A DNA stretch of 64,000 nt, taken from Candidatus Bathyarchaeia archaeon (GTDB lineage: Archaea > Thermoproteota > Bathyarchaeia > Bathyarchaeales > Bathycorpusculaceae). The notes below the pieces were generated by a model. The model had not been told where the DNA came from and made no database searches. It saw only the letters and a list, made by a program, of their open reading frames with translations. The position numbers and the translations under genes are program-made. Positions 32,933 through 44,700 of the stretch are shown here, piece by piece. The stretch spans positions 1 through 64,000 of the forward strand of contig JBEKKX010000008.1 of NCBI GenBank assembly GCA_050010515.1, read 5' to 3'. The stretch's first letter is position 1, and each line of letters begins with the position of its first letter.

Positions 32933-34039
32933 TTAGCGTTTTATGTGGTATTGTTCGATTATGTCTTTGGCTTTTTCTCTGCGTTCCCTATGCTGTTCTA
33001 AGAATTTGTTGAGTTTGTCTGCAATGTCTTTTTTGCATTCCCCGCATAGCATCCCGCCTGCTTTGCATTTGCGTTCTCGTTCGACAAGTTTGCTGCTGTC
33101 TTCTTCAAAGAGGAAGAAGTAGTATTGGAATATGCTACAGACTGTTGGGTCGGCGCCTGTTTTCCGCTGCTCCGCTGCTGTGCCTTTGCCGCCTGTGAAA
33201 GCGTTCCAAATTTTCTTCTTCACCACGTCTGGCGGGTCAATGGTGAATATGCTGGTTTCTGGCATGCTTGCGCTCATTTTTCCGCCCACGCCGAGCCCGG
33301 GAAGGAAGCGGCAGTGGATTTGAGCAGGTTTGTAGTAGCCGAGTTTTTGGGCTACGTCGCGTGTCACACGCCAGTACGGGTCTTGGTCGATGGCTGCGGG
33401 GATAAGCGCTGGCACATTCTCGCCTGTGAGTTTTTTATGGATGAAGCATGGTGCGGCTTGGATGGCTGGCCAGAATACCCAGCCGATGTTGGTGCTGTCT
33501 TGAAAGCCGAAGCTGCTGCGCGCGGTGCTGTAAGTGATGCGTTTGGCAACTTCCAATGTAATGTCGTACAGCAAATCGATATCTTCGGTGTCGTAAATGA
33601 TGAAGGTGTTCTCTGGTTTGAATCCCAGTGCTATGAGGTCTAGGGCGTTTTCATATGCGTATTTGCGCGTTTCTTTCAGGCTGGCGTCGTCATCTACGAG
33701 GTATTTTTCGTCGTCTGTTAGCTGGAAGTATAATCGCGTATTAAATTTTTGTTGAATGTGAAGCGTAAAAATCCACGGCACTAAGTGGCCAATGTGCACT
33801 GGTCCTGATGGTCCTCTTCCTGTGTATAGGACGAATTTTATGCCTTTATCGTAGAGGTCAAGGACAACGTCTAGGTCGCGGTGGCTGAAGAATATTCTTC
33901 TTTCAAGTTGAACGTGCAGTTTGCCTGTGTGTTTTTCCACTTTCTCAAGCAGTTGGGGGGTTAATGGTTGGGTGCCGAACTCACGTATTAAACGTTCGTA
34001 GTCTACTTTGCCTTTTACTTCCCAAGGTGTAACTACCAT
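32933..34039 (-). CDS. trpS: Tryptophanyl-tRNA synthetase (archaeal/eukaryal type)
   Basis: YTGRGPS, HIGH, DQDPY and KMSAS motifs. Confidence 0.97.
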   Translation of the reverse strand: MVVTPWEVKGKVDYERLIREFGTQPLTPQLLEKVEKHTGKLHVQLERRIFFSHRDLDVVLDLYDKGIKFVLYTGRGPSGPVHIGHLVPWIFTLHIQQKFNTRLYFQLTDDEKYLVDDDASLKETRKYAYENALDLIALGFKPENTFIIYDTEDIDLLYDITLEVAKRITYSTARSSFGFQDSTNIGWVFWPAIQAAPCFIHKKLTGENVPALIPAAIDQDPYWRVTRDVAQKLGYYKPAQIHCRFLPGLGVGGKMSASMPETSIFTIDPPDVVKKKIWNAFTGGKGTAAEQRKTGADPTVCSIFQYYFFLFEEDSSKLVERERKCKAGGMLCGECKKDIADKLNKFLEQHRERREKAKDIIEQYHIKR

Positions 34040-34262
34040 TTCGTTATTGTTTTCTTCAGCGTTAGATGAAGCCGTCTTGTATCACCAGTCATTGTCAAGA
34101 ATGAATTCGTTTTTGAATATATCTTTTTTCACAAAGCGAACTCTTTTGGTTTGGATATCTTCCTCTAATCTTTTAGTTCAAGAAAGCATCAGTTCAGATA
34201 TCCTACCTGCAGGGGGATGCAATAGATTTTTTAATGTTCACTTTTTATCTTATTCGCGGTGC

Positions 34263-35297
34263 ATGCATACGGCAGAAGAAATTTGGGTTCCAATGGATGG
34301 AGACACCTTTGTAACTAAAGACGGCTTCATACTCAACACCTTTGGATACGAGCATCCAGACGACCGCGTTTTTGCATTTCTCAAGTACATCCCAGCAAAA
34401 TTCAAAGAGCTCTTTAACGTTGAAATGCTGGAGCGAACATGGAAATTCGGCGATAACCAGCTTTTCAGGGCAGAAAAACTCTACACAGCTAAAAACTACC
34501 AGACTTTCATTGAAGCCTTCCGCAAAAACTTTCCAGACTATCTCTACTACTGCCCCTTCCGCAACAAGGAACTAATCACTGCACCCTTCGGGTTAATTCA
34601 GCAGGTTTTTGTTCCTAAAGACCGTTTAGTCTGGTTGAAGAACCTTCTGAAACGTGATAACCTGCAACAAATGGCTTTAGACCTCATTCATTTAATATCC
34701 AAAGAATCAAACGTTAGCTTAAGCGACTTTGGCGTTCACGGCTCCATCGCTTTGAACATGCATGCGCCAGAATCAGACATAGACTTTGTTATTTACGGCA
34801 CAGAAAACTTCCGCCTAGTAGAAGAAGCCATAGCAAGACTTGTTAACACTGGAAAACTAAGCTACATTGTTGGCAACCGCTTGGAAGCCGCAAGAAAATT
34901 CCAAGGAAAATACCAAGGCAAAATATTCATGTACAATGCAACGCACAAGCCAGAAGAAGTCAAAGCAAAATATGGAGCATATCGCTATATACCGCTTGAC
35001 CCAGTGCGCTTCCAAGCCACTGTTTGCGATGACACTGAAACCATGTATCGCCCAGCAACCTACAAAATATCAAGCTATAAACCCCAAGACGACCAATCAG
35101 AGCTTGACTTGGATAAAATTCCCACTCAAGTTGTCTCAAACATCGGCTGCTACAGAAATATCGCCCGCAAAGGAAGCGAAATCAAGGTCGCAGGCAAACT
35201 AGAAAGAGTTGAATCAACAACTTCAAACGAAGTCTTCTACCAAGTGGTTGTTGGAACAGCAACCTCAGAGGAAGAATACATTTGGCCAACAGCTTGA
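34263..35297 (+). CDS. Predicted archaeal nucleotidyltransferase (COG1665-like), paralog 1
   Basis: GYEHP...FLKY and GVHGS-x9-SDIDFVIYG motifs; OB-like C-terminus. Start moved to ATG 34263. Confidence 0.8.
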   Translation: MHTAEEIWVPMDGDTFVTKDGFILNTFGYEHPDDRVFAFLKYIPAKFKELFNVEMLERTWKFGDNQLFRAEKLYTAKNYQTFIEAFRKNFPDYLYYCPFRNKELITAPFGLIQQVFVPKDRLVWLKNLLKRDNLQQMALDLIHLISKESNVSLSDFGVHGSIALNMHAPESDIDFVIYGTENFRLVEEAIARLVNTGKLSYIVGNRLEAARKFQGKYQGKIFMYNATHKPEEVKAKYGAYRYIPLDPVRFQATVCDDTETMYRPATYKISSYKPQDDQSELDLDKIPTQVVSNIGCYRNIARKGSEIKVAGKLERVESTTSNEVFYQVVVGTATSEEEYIWPTA

Positions 35298-36355
35298 AAC
35301 TGCGCGACCGCGACGCAATCCAAACGAGTGAAGGCTTAATCTTCCGCGTCTTCGGCTACTCGCATCCGCCAGACGCTTACATCTGCGATGCAGAGTATGC
35401 TTCAGCAAACATTTTCAAGTCAACCGACCCGCGAGCGCCAAGAACTGGCAGAAACCAGCTTTACTACAAATTCTATAATGACGAAGGCATGAAGTTGGTA
35501 GCTAAGAAGTATCCTCAGCACTTGGTTTTTAATGAGATGCTTGGGCTAAAACTCGTCGGTGTAAAAGAAGCAGCTATCATGGAAGCAAGAAAACCTGAGG
35601 AGCGACTAGCAGCTTTGCTTGAGGCTGGGCCAACGGACGAGTTGCTGGGTGCAATGGAACATGTGCTTAGCATAGCACTCGAAAATTCGGGCTTAACTGC
35701 GCGAAATTTTGGAGTGTTCGGCTCGATGCTTCATGGTTTCCATAACCCAAAGTTTTCAGACATAGACCTCACAGTTTACGGCAAAAAAGAAAACTCTAAA
35801 ATGAGAAAAACGCTTGAAGCCCTATACAGCGATAAGAGTTCAGGGTTGCATAACGAGTTTGAGTCAGACCAAGCCATGGCGGGCAAGGAGTGGCGATTCA
35901 AAAATTTCACCGTTGAAGACTTCGTTTGGCATCAGCGAAGAAAACAAATCTACGGTTTATACGACGATAAAGCCAGTGGAAGAACCATAAAAGCCGAGTT
36001 TGAACCTGTAAAGGCTTGGAGTGAAATCAAATCAGAATACGACCCCCAAACAGGAATCCAGCAAAAAGGCTGGGTTAAACTCAAAGCACGCATCACAGCG
36101 GATGATGAAGCACCCTTCATTCCATCAATCTACGGCATTGAGCCATTGGAAGTGTTAAGCGGCGGACCAGAAGCGCTTGAGGCTAAGAGAGTTTTCTCTT
36201 TCATGGAAGAGTTCCGACAGCAAGCGCAAAAGGGCGAAGTGGTAATTGTTGAAGGCAACCTCGAAGAAGTAGTGTCGCCAAAAGAGAGTTTTCGTCAGGT
36301 TACTTTGACTTATTGCCCACGCTACTACGAGCAAACCTTGAAAGTGCTGCATTAA
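35282..36355 (+). CDS. Predicted archaeal nucleotidyltransferase (COG1665-like), paralog 2
   Basis: RDRDAI, GYSHP and GVFGS...SDIDLTVYG motifs. Confidence 0.8.
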   Translation: MANSLKLRDRDAIQTSEGLIFRVFGYSHPPDAYICDAEYASANIFKSTDPRAPRTGRNQLYYKFYNDEGMKLVAKKYPQHLVFNEMLGLKLVGVKEAAIMEARKPEERLAALLEAGPTDELLGAMEHVLSIALENSGLTARNFGVFGSMLHGFHNPKFSDIDLTVYGKKENSKMRKTLEALYSDKSSGLHNEFESDQAMAGKEWRFKNFTVEDFVWHQRRKQIYGLYDDKASGRTIKAEFEPVKAWSEIKSEYDPQTGIQQKGWVKLKARITADDEAPFIPSIYGIEPLEVLSGGPEALEAKRVFSFMEEFRQQAQKGEVVIVEGNLEEVVSPKESFRQVTLTYCPRYYEQTLKVLH

Positions 36356-37371
36356 ACATGTGACAGAACCATGTAATCCGACGGTTTATTGCCAAGAATC
36401 AAACGGTAATATTCGCCACCGTTTTTATTGTTGGTTACCAATTCAACTTTTCCTTGCGCCTCAACTGCTTCACCGTTCTCTGCTTGTTCACAGAACCTGC
36501 CGCGGAAAGAAACAATTTCCTGTATTGGCTGCAACTTGGGTCCTTCAACAACTCGGACATTTTCAAGCTTGTATGTGCAGGGTGTGAAAAGGGAATCTGA
36601 GTTGTCTGCTATTTTGGCTGTTATTTTAGCGTAGCCACTGTTTTTGAAGCACACGTCCCCATAATGCTCGCTTATTTCGCTCCAATCCTTCACAAAACGG
36701 ATAAAATAGTCAGTTCCCATGAACTTGCCCTGAAACGCCTTGCGACTTTCGACTAAAACGAAGTCTTCGAAGCTCATCTGGGTGTCTTTCGAACGGAAAT
36801 CGAATAGCTCTTGCAACTCCAATCGACTATAAGGCTTGAACCCAGAATTCTCATCTTTAAGCAGTTTTTGCACGGCGGCGTAGGCTTTTCGGCAATTCTC
36901 CACCCCATAAACCAGGGGGTCTATGTCTGATTTTTCAGTGGTTAATCCAGCCATTATCGACCCGGAAATGCCTATGCTGCTCCAGGGAATATTCGCTTCT
37001 TTTTTTAGGGTTTCAGCCAGCTGCAAAGCCTTGTTCTCTAATACGGTAAGGTCCTTGGATGTACGTAGTGACCAGAGTTTTTCTTCAGGCTTGTAATGCT
37101 CAGCTACTTGTGCGATTGGGACTTCGCACATTGTTTCCCCAAAGACAGGGTCAAAAACTATCAAATCGGGATGATTTTCTTGCAGGTACTTGAACCTGTC
37201 ACCTAGGTTGTAGACTTTGCCGTAAGTGCCTTCTTTGCCTTGCCTTGTGCCCTGCGGCGAGGGAATAAAACGCGGAAACGCAACAATCTTGCCTGCGGGA
37301 TGAACTAAGCCTTTAACGTCAAAAACCACTTTGCTCTTTGTTTTAATTAAGTCGCCTTCCCGTGCTTTCAG
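36352..37371 (-). CDS. Predicted archaeal nucleotidyltransferase (COG1665-like), paralog 3, probable CTG start
   Basis: REGDLI, GLVHP and GISGS...SDIDPLVYG motifs. The conserved N-terminus lies upstream of the track's GTG; CTG at 37371 follows GGAGAGG. Confidence 0.8.
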   Translation of the reverse strand: MKAREGDLIKTKSKVVFDVKGLVHPAGKIVAFPRFIPSPQGTRQGKEGTYGKVYNLGDRFKYLQENHPDLIVFDPVFGETMCEVPIAQVAEHYKPEEKLWSLRTSKDLTVLENKALQLAETLKKEANIPWSSIGISGSIMAGLTTEKSDIDPLVYGVENCRKAYAAVQKLLKDENSGFKPYSRLELQELFDFRSKDTQMSFEDFVLVESRKAFQGKFMGTDYFIRFVKDWSEISEHYGDVCFKNSGYAKITAKIADNSDSLFTPCTYKLENVRVVEGPKLQPIQEIVSFRGRFCEQAENGEAVEAQGKVELVTNNKNGGEYYRLILGNKPSDYMVLSHV

Positions 37372-37438
37372 TTTAAACCTCTCCTATCAAAGCGTAACCA
37401 ACGGTTTGTCCATGCAATATTAAAAGAAGTTAGTTATT

Positions 37439-37648
37439 TTATTGGGAAAAAGATCCTTTTATGGGTAGCTCTACTTCTTTTGCTTGCTTCTGTCTCTTTG
37501 TAACATTGAGGATGGCAAACCCTATGACATTTCCCTTGGTATCCAGGCGGAGGAAAACGTCGTCACCAGCATCTTTGAAGTAACCTTTCCGAGGCTTGCC
37601 TACTTGTACCTCCAGTAGATCTCCTTGAGGATCGAACCAAACCTTCAC
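37439..37648 (-). CDS. DUF2283-family protein (putative antitoxin)
   Basis: WFDPQGDLL...LD.KGNVIGFAILN pattern. Confidence 0.8.
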   Translation of the reverse strand: MKVWFDPQGDLLEVQVGKPRKGYFKDAGDDVFLRLDTKGNVIGFAILNVTKRQKQAKEVELPIKGSFSQ

Positions 37649-37959
37649 TGGTTCTTTTTCCAGATTATGTCACCTTTCTTTATTTTATCAGTAAAGAAAG
37701 CCGTTACTATAAAACCTTCGCCGTCCTTAACCTGTACAACTACCAACATAAATTTCTGGGTCACTGGAGTTTTGGCATAGAGCTTGTAAAACAACCAAAT
37801 TTGAGGACTACGTTCGCTCTCTCGGATTTCATCAGGGTTAACTAGCGACTCCTTTATTCTATACCTTTGATTTTTCATTTCTGGGTGACTTAGCACATGC
37901 TTCCATCTGTTTACATCAAGACTTACGACTTTTCCAAGTTTGCAAGTCACTATTAACAA
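37645..37959 (-). CDS. DUF4258/RelE-like (BECR-fold) putative toxin
   Basis: RWKHV..HPEM, NPDEI and FIVTAFF motifs; translationally coupled to DUF2283. Confidence 0.7.
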   Translation of the reverse strand: MLIVTCKLGKVVSLDVNRWKHVLSHPEMKNQRYRIKESLVNPDEIRESERSPQIWLFYKLYAKTPVTQKFMLVVVQVKDGEGFIVTAFFTDKIKKGDIIWKKNQ

Positions 37960-37994
37960 AGGGCAAGCTCTCGGCTGTAAGCATAGTATATTGC

Positions 37995-38390
37995 TTATTT
38001 TAAATAGCTTGTCACCAATCCCTTAGCCTTGCCATGCTTAGTGCCCTGTGGCGACACTTTCATCTCCGTAGATTTTAAGTTTGCACAGGACTTTTCACGT
38101 TGATTTCTGACTGCGCTTATTTTCCGGATAAATTGTTTGTCTTCTTTGATTTTATTGTTCGTTGCTTCTCTGTTTTCATAGTAGTAGGATAAGGCATCGT
38201 GGACTTGTTCAAGTTTTAAGTGTGGGTGAGCGTTAATTATTTCGTCTGGTGTGCGGTTAAGATACTCATACTTGATCGCTATATCTACAATTCTGACACG
38301 CGTTCCAGTTACCACTGGGCTACCGCCACAAATTTTCGCATTAATTGCAACATAAGGGTGTTCTGTTTTAGTCTGCAAATTCAAACACAC
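37995..38390 (-). CDS. DUF433-family antitoxin; its tail overlaps a truncated DUF5615-like toxin start
   Basis: ICGGSPVVTGTRVR and QVHDALSYY motifs; an overlapping frame near 38040..38085 reads LKIYGDESVA and then stops. Confidence 0.75.
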   Translation of the reverse strand: MCLNLQTKTEHPYVAINAKICGGSPVVTGTRVRIVDIAIKYEYLNRTPDEIINAHPHLKLEQVHDALSYYYENREATNNKIKEDKQFIRKISAVRNQREKSCANLKSTEMKVSPQGTKHGKAKGLVTSYLK

Positions 38391-38516
38391 ATTTTTGCTT
38401 AGTTACTTAACCTTGTGTTTCAGAAACTCTTAACCCTTTATTGGATGCACGAAAAATTACAAAGCACCTCTCAATACTTTAATAAATCTTTTTGAATATT
38501 TACAGTCTGTGCAACA

Positions 38517-39464
38517 ATGAACAACCAGGAAAAACCACAGTACATTTCCAAATGTTTAGAGTTGGCGATACTGCTTGAAGTTAGCGCAGAAAAACCTGGC
38601 AACGTCAACTTCACCACGGGCTTTGAAGGAACTATATGTCAGCATTTCTTGGCTTCAGCCGTTGCTGCAGGATCATCCTTCCAAGAAGCTGCTAACCGTG
38701 GAGCTTCAGTGGCAGAAAACAAGCTTGGCATAAGCGAGGTTGGCTTGGGACAACTAATAAAGACCTGCGCCAGCGATGTTAATGCTTGGCAAAGGGGCGG
38801 AAACACGATTCTCGGCACCATAATGCTGTTTATGCCTATCGCTGTAGGCGCGGGTATGACCCCAACCAACAAAAATTACGCCTTTGATTTTTCCGTTTTG
38901 CGCAAAAACATTGACTTGGCAGTTAAATCAACCACCGCATTGGACTCGGTGCACCTCTATGAAGCAGTAGACATTGCCAACCCGAGCGGTCTCAATGACG
39001 CGCCAGACCTTGACGTAACCGACCCACGCTCGAAAGAGCGCTTAATAAAAGAGAATGTTACTTTGTTTGAGGTTTTCAAAATCGCCTCAGCATACGACGA
39101 CATCTGCGCAGAATGGGTAAACAACTACCCAGTAACCTTCGACTTAGCCTACCCATACTTGATGGAGCAGCTAAAAAGCAAACCCTTGAACACAGCAGTC
39201 ATTCACACTTTCCTAAAAATTCTCTCGGAACGCCCCGACACTTTTATAGCAAGAAAAGTTGGCAAGGAAAAAGCAACGGACATGTCATCTGACGCTAAGG
39301 CTGTCTTGGAGCTTGGCGGATTAGAAACCGAGAAAGGCAAAAAATGCCTCACAGCATTTGACAAGAAACTACGGCTATCCCAAAACAAGTGCAATCCTGG
39401 AACGACTGCGGATTTAACAGCGGCTGCTTTGGCGCTTTGCACCCTGAGCGGATACAGACCTTAG
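38517..39464 (+). CDS. citG: Triphosphoribosyl-dephospho-CoA synthase-like protein (archaeal CitG family)
   Basis: LEVSAEKPGNV, NTILG, DTFIARK and NPGTTADL motifs. Confidence 0.88.
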   Translation: MNNQEKPQYISKCLELAILLEVSAEKPGNVNFTTGFEGTICQHFLASAVAAGSSFQEAANRGASVAENKLGISEVGLGQLIKTCASDVNAWQRGGNTILGTIMLFMPIAVGAGMTPTNKNYAFDFSVLRKNIDLAVKSTTALDSVHLYEAVDIANPSGLNDAPDLDVTDPRSKERLIKENVTLFEVFKIASAYDDICAEWVNNYPVTFDLAYPYLMEQLKSKPLNTAVIHTFLKILSERPDTFIARKVGKEKATDMSSDAKAVLELGGLETEKGKKCLTAFDKKLRLSQNKCNPGTTADLTAAALALCTLSGYRP

Positions 39465-39791
39465 GCAAGTTAGGGTTAATTTTCATTGGGCATCGAAAGA
39501 ACGTTTATGATGACTTCTCAAAAATGCTATACCAGAAAAATGATAAAGGAAAGGTCGGCGTGCAAAAGGCCATTCGAGATGCTGATGTTCGGAAAGTCTG
39601 GGTTGCTGTTGAAGCTGCAAGGGATGGCTAATGTTACCAAAAGCGATGTTACTTATTGAAAAAACCGCTTGTTAAGGCTGGCGCATTAGTGCTTAAGTTA
39701 CAAGACCTTGCTACATTCTGAAACGTTGATTTTATCCAAGGCGGCTTTATCATTATAAGTGTGGAAAAACAAATAGTATTGGGGAGTCAGT

Positions 39792-40355
39792 TTGGAGTTT
39801 CAACGGGTTGCTATTTATCTTCCGCTTTTGGGATTGATTGTTTTGGTTCTTGTTCTTTACTCGCCTCAGATTTTTGCTACGTATATTCCTGTTTTTTCTC
39901 CAATGAGTTTTATGGATAAGATCACTGTGCTTCTCACGTTCGCGCTTGCTTCCTTCGCCGCAGTTGAAGGTTATTCAACATTCATGCGAACTTCTCTGGA
40001 AACCAAATGGCATAAAATTGAAGATGCTAGAAACGAACTGGAAAAAGCTTATGGTCCATTGTACACGTTATTAAACAAAATCACTTCCTCAAGCGATGAA
40101 AAGAAAGGTTTTTGGCTGGAATTTGAAGAGAGAAAAAAGCTTGATGAGATAATGGCAACGTATCCTTTTATGTTTTCATCTCAAATCAACGATTTGTGGC
40201 AGCAAAAAATCCGCAAACTCGGAACTCTGCTTGGAAATTCTGATATCAAGTCTGTGCATGAAATAAATCTGGATGTGTATGTGGAACTTAGAAACTTGAT
40301 CAACGTGGAGTATGCTCGCAAAGTCAACGAATATCATGAGCTGTTGAAGCATTAA
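39792..40355 (+). CDS. Hypothetical membrane protein
   Basis: Two N-terminal TM helices and a helical soluble domain (LEKAYGPLY). Confidence 0.65.
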   Translation: MEFQRVAIYLPLLGLIVLVLVLYSPQIFATYIPVFSPMSFMDKITVLLTFALASFAAVEGYSTFMRTSLETKWHKIEDARNELEKAYGPLYTLLNKITSSSDEKKGFWLEFEERKKLDEIMATYPFMFSSQINDLWQQKIRKLGTLLGNSDIKSVHEINLDVYVELRNLINVEYARKVNEYHELLKH

Positions 40356-40526
40356 GAAATCTGTCTTGCCTTACACTTTGGGCGTCTGTCATATGAACAG
40401 CTCTAAACATGCTGCCTTCCAATTGCATCTGCGTAATCAATGCAGTTTCCGAGGACTGAGAAGGGAAATACTTATCCTCTGCTAGCGGATTTATTTCGCT
40501 ATTCTAGTCATCGAGGAGGATAATAG

Positions 40527-41519
40527 GTGTCGCAGTCGAAGATCAGTTTGAACAAGTCGGCTTTGAATTTAATTAATAAGCTGTGTGGTGAAGCCGATAA
40601 GTATGCGATTACGATTGAAAAATCGGAAAGTGGAGCGACTTTAATTGATGCAGGTATCAACGCGGAAGGCGGCTTTCTAGCTGGCGAATTAGTCACTGAG
40701 ATATGTTTGGCTGGTTACGGAAAAGCTTCTGTTTTGCCCATTCAGTATGGCGATATTATTTTGCCTTCAGTCTTTGTGGTTACGGATCATCCTGCGTTGT
40801 CAACTCTGGCGTCTCAGTTTGCAGGTTGGCAAGTGAAGGGTGAAGGTTTTTCTGCTATCGCTTCGGGTCCCGCTCGGGCTTTGGCTCTTAAGCCAAAGGA
40901 TCTTTATGAGAAACTTCAGTACAAAGATGAATCCGACACGGCTATCCTTGTTTTAGAAACTGAGAAGAAGCCTCCAGAACCTGTGATTCAGCTAATTGCT
41001 GACAAATGCAAAGTCTCGTCCAAGAACCTGTTTTTGGTGATGTTTTCCACTACGAGTTTGGTGGGGGCTACGCAAGTTTCTGGCAGGATTGTGGAAACGG
41101 GATTACACAAGCTTGAGAGGTTAGGGCTCGACCCGATGATTGTGAAGCATGCTTGGGGTTACGCGCCGATTGTTCCCCTCCACCCGAACGCCGGCGAAGC
41201 CATGGGAAGAACAAACGATGCAATTCTCTACGCAGGAGTAACGAACTATACTTTGAGCTTTGATGATGAGGTTAAGCTCGAAAACATAGTGAAGCAGGCG
41301 CCTTCTTCTTCATCTCAGATGCTCCAGGAAGCCCGAAGACTTGCTCAGAAAAATCCTCGTTTTCTAGACATCTTCAAGGAGGCTGGCTTCGACTTCTACA
41401 AGATTGACACCAACATCTTCGCCCCAGCAGTTGTAGCCATAAACAATACAAAAACAGGCAAGACTTTCCGTGCAGGAAGCCTAGATGTTGACGTGATAAA
41501 AGGATCTTTAGGACTTTAA
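40527..41519 (+). CDS. mch: Methenyltetrahydromethanopterin cyclohydrolase
   Basis: SQFAGW, SGPARALA, QVSGRIVETG, AMGRTND and DFYKID..FAPA motifs. Confidence 0.95.
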   Translation: MSQSKISLNKSALNLINKLCGEADKYAITIEKSESGATLIDAGINAEGGFLAGELVTEICLAGYGKASVLPIQYGDIILPSVFVVTDHPALSTLASQFAGWQVKGEGFSAIASGPARALALKPKDLYEKLQYKDESDTAILVLETEKKPPEPVIQLIADKCKVSSKNLFLVMFSTTSLVGATQVSGRIVETGLHKLERLGLDPMIVKHAWGYAPIVPLHPNAGEAMGRTNDAILYAGVTNYTLSFDDEVKLENIVKQAPSSSSQMLQEARRLAQKNPRFLDIFKEAGFDFYKIDTNIFAPAVVAINNTKTGKTFRAGSLDVDVIKGSLGL

Positions 41520-41785
41520 AAGTTGGCTCACACTTTGAGAAATTGGAAGGAAAACTTGCCAATCTGACCATGAACATAGCATTCCAACCCCCATTTGCAA
41601 AATGTCCAATAGCTCCTTGAGGTCGTGGACGGTGTTGCGCCAAACCGCGCCCGCCTCGTAGTTGGCGACGTCCTTCGGCACTCGTTCGTTTGGGTTTTGG
41701 GGGTCGATGAAAAGCTTTTTGAGGGGTTCAGCTATATGATAGGCTAGTAGGGAGAACCTTTTGCGTTCCCGTGTGAATACTCGGA

Positions 41786-44700
41786 TTGTTGATGATGTTG
41801 ATTTCTGGAGTTTTAGCTGAGCCCGTTCTCGTTGGGAGAGAAAAAGAACTCGAAGAGCTAGAATTATTCTTAAATTCGGCAATTGAAGGGAAGGGGAAAA
41901 CAGTTTTTGTCTCGGGCGAGGCAGGCAGCGGAAAGACAAGGCTCGCGACGGAGTTCTTGAACAGGGCAAGAAAACAAGGGGTCACTACGCTGACTGGGTG
42001 GTGTCTTAGCAATGCGGCAGTACCCTACTTTCCTTTTTTTGAAGCTTTCAACGCTTACTTCTCAGGGGAACAGAGCGAAGAAAACGAAGATGCCAGCGCT
42101 CAATTAAGTGGATCCAAAATAGAACCAATTGAAAAGAAAAGGACTTGGGGGCCAAAAGACATAGACATTATGTCGTGGCTGAAGGGTCCAACTCAGGCTG
42201 AGCAGCTTGGAAAATCTCGGATGATATCTCCTCAGGTGTGGAAAGACCAAACCTTCGCCGCCGTCACAAAAACCCTCACAGCCATCTCGGCTAAGAAACC
42301 GATAATCCTGTTCATAGACGACGTACATTGGGCAGACTCGGCATCGTTAGCACTAATCCATTACATTGCCCGAGCGATGAATTCTGAGAAAGTTCTCCTC
42401 TTAGCAACGTTCAGGAGCGAGCAGCTCACAGCCGACGCAGAGGGCAGGCCGCATCCATTGGTCGAAACACTGCGACTGATGAAGCGCGAGGACCTGTTCA
42501 AAGAAATCAAGATCGCTAACCTTAATCAAAAGGATGTTTCGGAGCTTGCCGAAAACATGCTGGGAGGCGACCTCCAACAAGAACTAGCAGCAAAACTCGC
42601 GGAAGAAAGCCAGGGAAACCCGCTGTTCATAGTGGAGTCGCTGAGGATGCTGCATGAACGCGGCAGCCTAATTCATGAACACGACAAATGGCGCCTGGCT
42701 CATGGTGAGATAGGGATACCGGACAAGATTCGGGACATAATCCTGCAAAGACTGAGCAGTTTGACGCGTAATCAGAGAAAGGTGATTGACGTCGCTTCCG
42801 CTATGGGAGAGAGGTTCGACGCGGAACTTGTTGCTTCTGTGCTCTGTCAGGAGTCGGCTGAGGCTATTGAAACCTTGGATACGATTGGGCAGACCACTGC
42901 TCTGGTTTGCTGCGAAGGAGAAATGTACCAGTTTGATCATGCTAAGTCTCGAGACGCAGTGTACAGTGAGATTTCTCCAGCCCAAAGAAGGGTGTATCAC
43001 GCTAAGGTTGCAGAGAAGCTCGAAGGCAAAGGCAAGGATGGCAAACTGCCGTTCAGTGATTTGGCTTATCATTATGCTCAGGCTGGGAACAAAGAGAAAG
43101 CAGTAGGGTACGCCTTAGCGGCAGCGAAGGACGAGCTGGCGAGGTGGAGCAACTTACAAGCCATCAAACACTTTGAGTACGTACTCCAGAATATCCTAGA
43201 AGGGCATGCTGAAGAGAAGAGAACCGCTTTAGAAGGGCTTGGAGACGCTTATGCTGCCAACTACATGTATGGAGAAGCAATAAAGACTTTTGACGAGCTT
43301 GCCGCCCACGAAACGGGCGTGGTGCGGCTGCGCGCTCTCAGAAAGGCTATGGACGCGGCTTTTCTCAAAGGCGACACTGATCTTGTACTGGAATATGCGA
43401 GGAAAGCCGAAGAGGTGACCGTGGATGATCGCTTGGAGGAGGCTCGATTTATCAACACCATGGCAAGAGCCTGGGGTTTTGCGGGCCGCGGAGACCAGAA
43501 AATGGACATGGCAGATTACGACGCGGTTCTGCAGGTATTTGAAGAAGAGAACTCTATCGCTGACGCGGCCGACGCACTGTGCAGAAGCGGCTTAGCGTGT
43601 GTGCGTTTCGAAGATTCGCAGGAAAAAGGAGTGGGTCAACTGCTGCGTTCAGTTGCCATTTTTAGGGAACTCGGCGACGTCCGCAAAGAAATAGAAGCCA
43701 CTTTAGGCACAGGGTATGCGTTCTTGGTTTTTACTGGGCTTCTTCCAGAAGCCAGACGTGAATATTCCAACGTCCTGAGGATTGGCCAGAAATTAGACGT
43801 TTTTGCCGAATTGGCTCAGGCGAGCACCAGACGCTTTAGCTTTGCTGATGAGGGCGAAGAGGAAATTGCGGAGATAGTGTCTCAGGCCTTAAAAGGGTTG
43901 GAGTACTGCAAGAAAACAGACGTAAACTGGATACAAGGCTCTCTTTATGCAACTCTTACCAGTGGGTACAGTAAACTTGGGGATTTGAAACATGCGGATG
44001 AGTACTTTGATAGAATGACAAAGCTGCCTCCAGAAATTCTCTCGCATTACATGAATATTTTTGCGGTTGCCGTGTCTAAAGGCGTCTATTTCGCTGCCAA
44101 GGCCCGGTGGGAAGAATCGAATCAGTGTTTCGAGGAAGTCCTAGAGTATTCTAATACAACATACGCATACTCTGGCCAAGAAATAATCGGTAGATCAAAC
44201 TATGCTTGGGCTCTTGAAAAGCAGGGCAGAGCTGAGGAGGCAAGAGTTCAGCAGGACAGAGTTCAGAAACTATATGAGCAGACTGAAGAAAGGTTTGGGC
44301 ACGCCAACGTGCAACTGAGTCTTATGATGCCGAGAAAGGTTCAGGTTGGGGAAAAGTTTGAGATGCGCCTCGACCTGGTTAACGTCGCGAGAAGAGCGGG
44401 CAACCTCACCAAAATCGAGGGCGCAATCCCCCCTGAATTCAATGTTGTTAATCTTCCATCGTATTGCAGCCTGCAAAACGGCAGCCTCGAAATGAAAAAC
44501 AGAGAAATCGGCGCTTTCCAGGCTGAAACAGTCAAGGTCACCTTACAAGCAGTGAAGGCGGGTACCTTCACGTTAAACCCAAAAGCAGTCTACATTGATG
44601 AATTGGGAGAAACAAAAACCTACAACCTCAACCCAGCTTTGATAGCAGTCCAGCCAGCCCAACCAACAGTACATGTTCTCTCGGGACGAATCTCCAGCGG

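Noticed and set aside
41508-41969. 153-aa minus-strand ORF between mch and the STAND gene
   Set aside because: The 5' part is antisense to the STAND gene; the rest may be a gene remnant, but I recognise no family.
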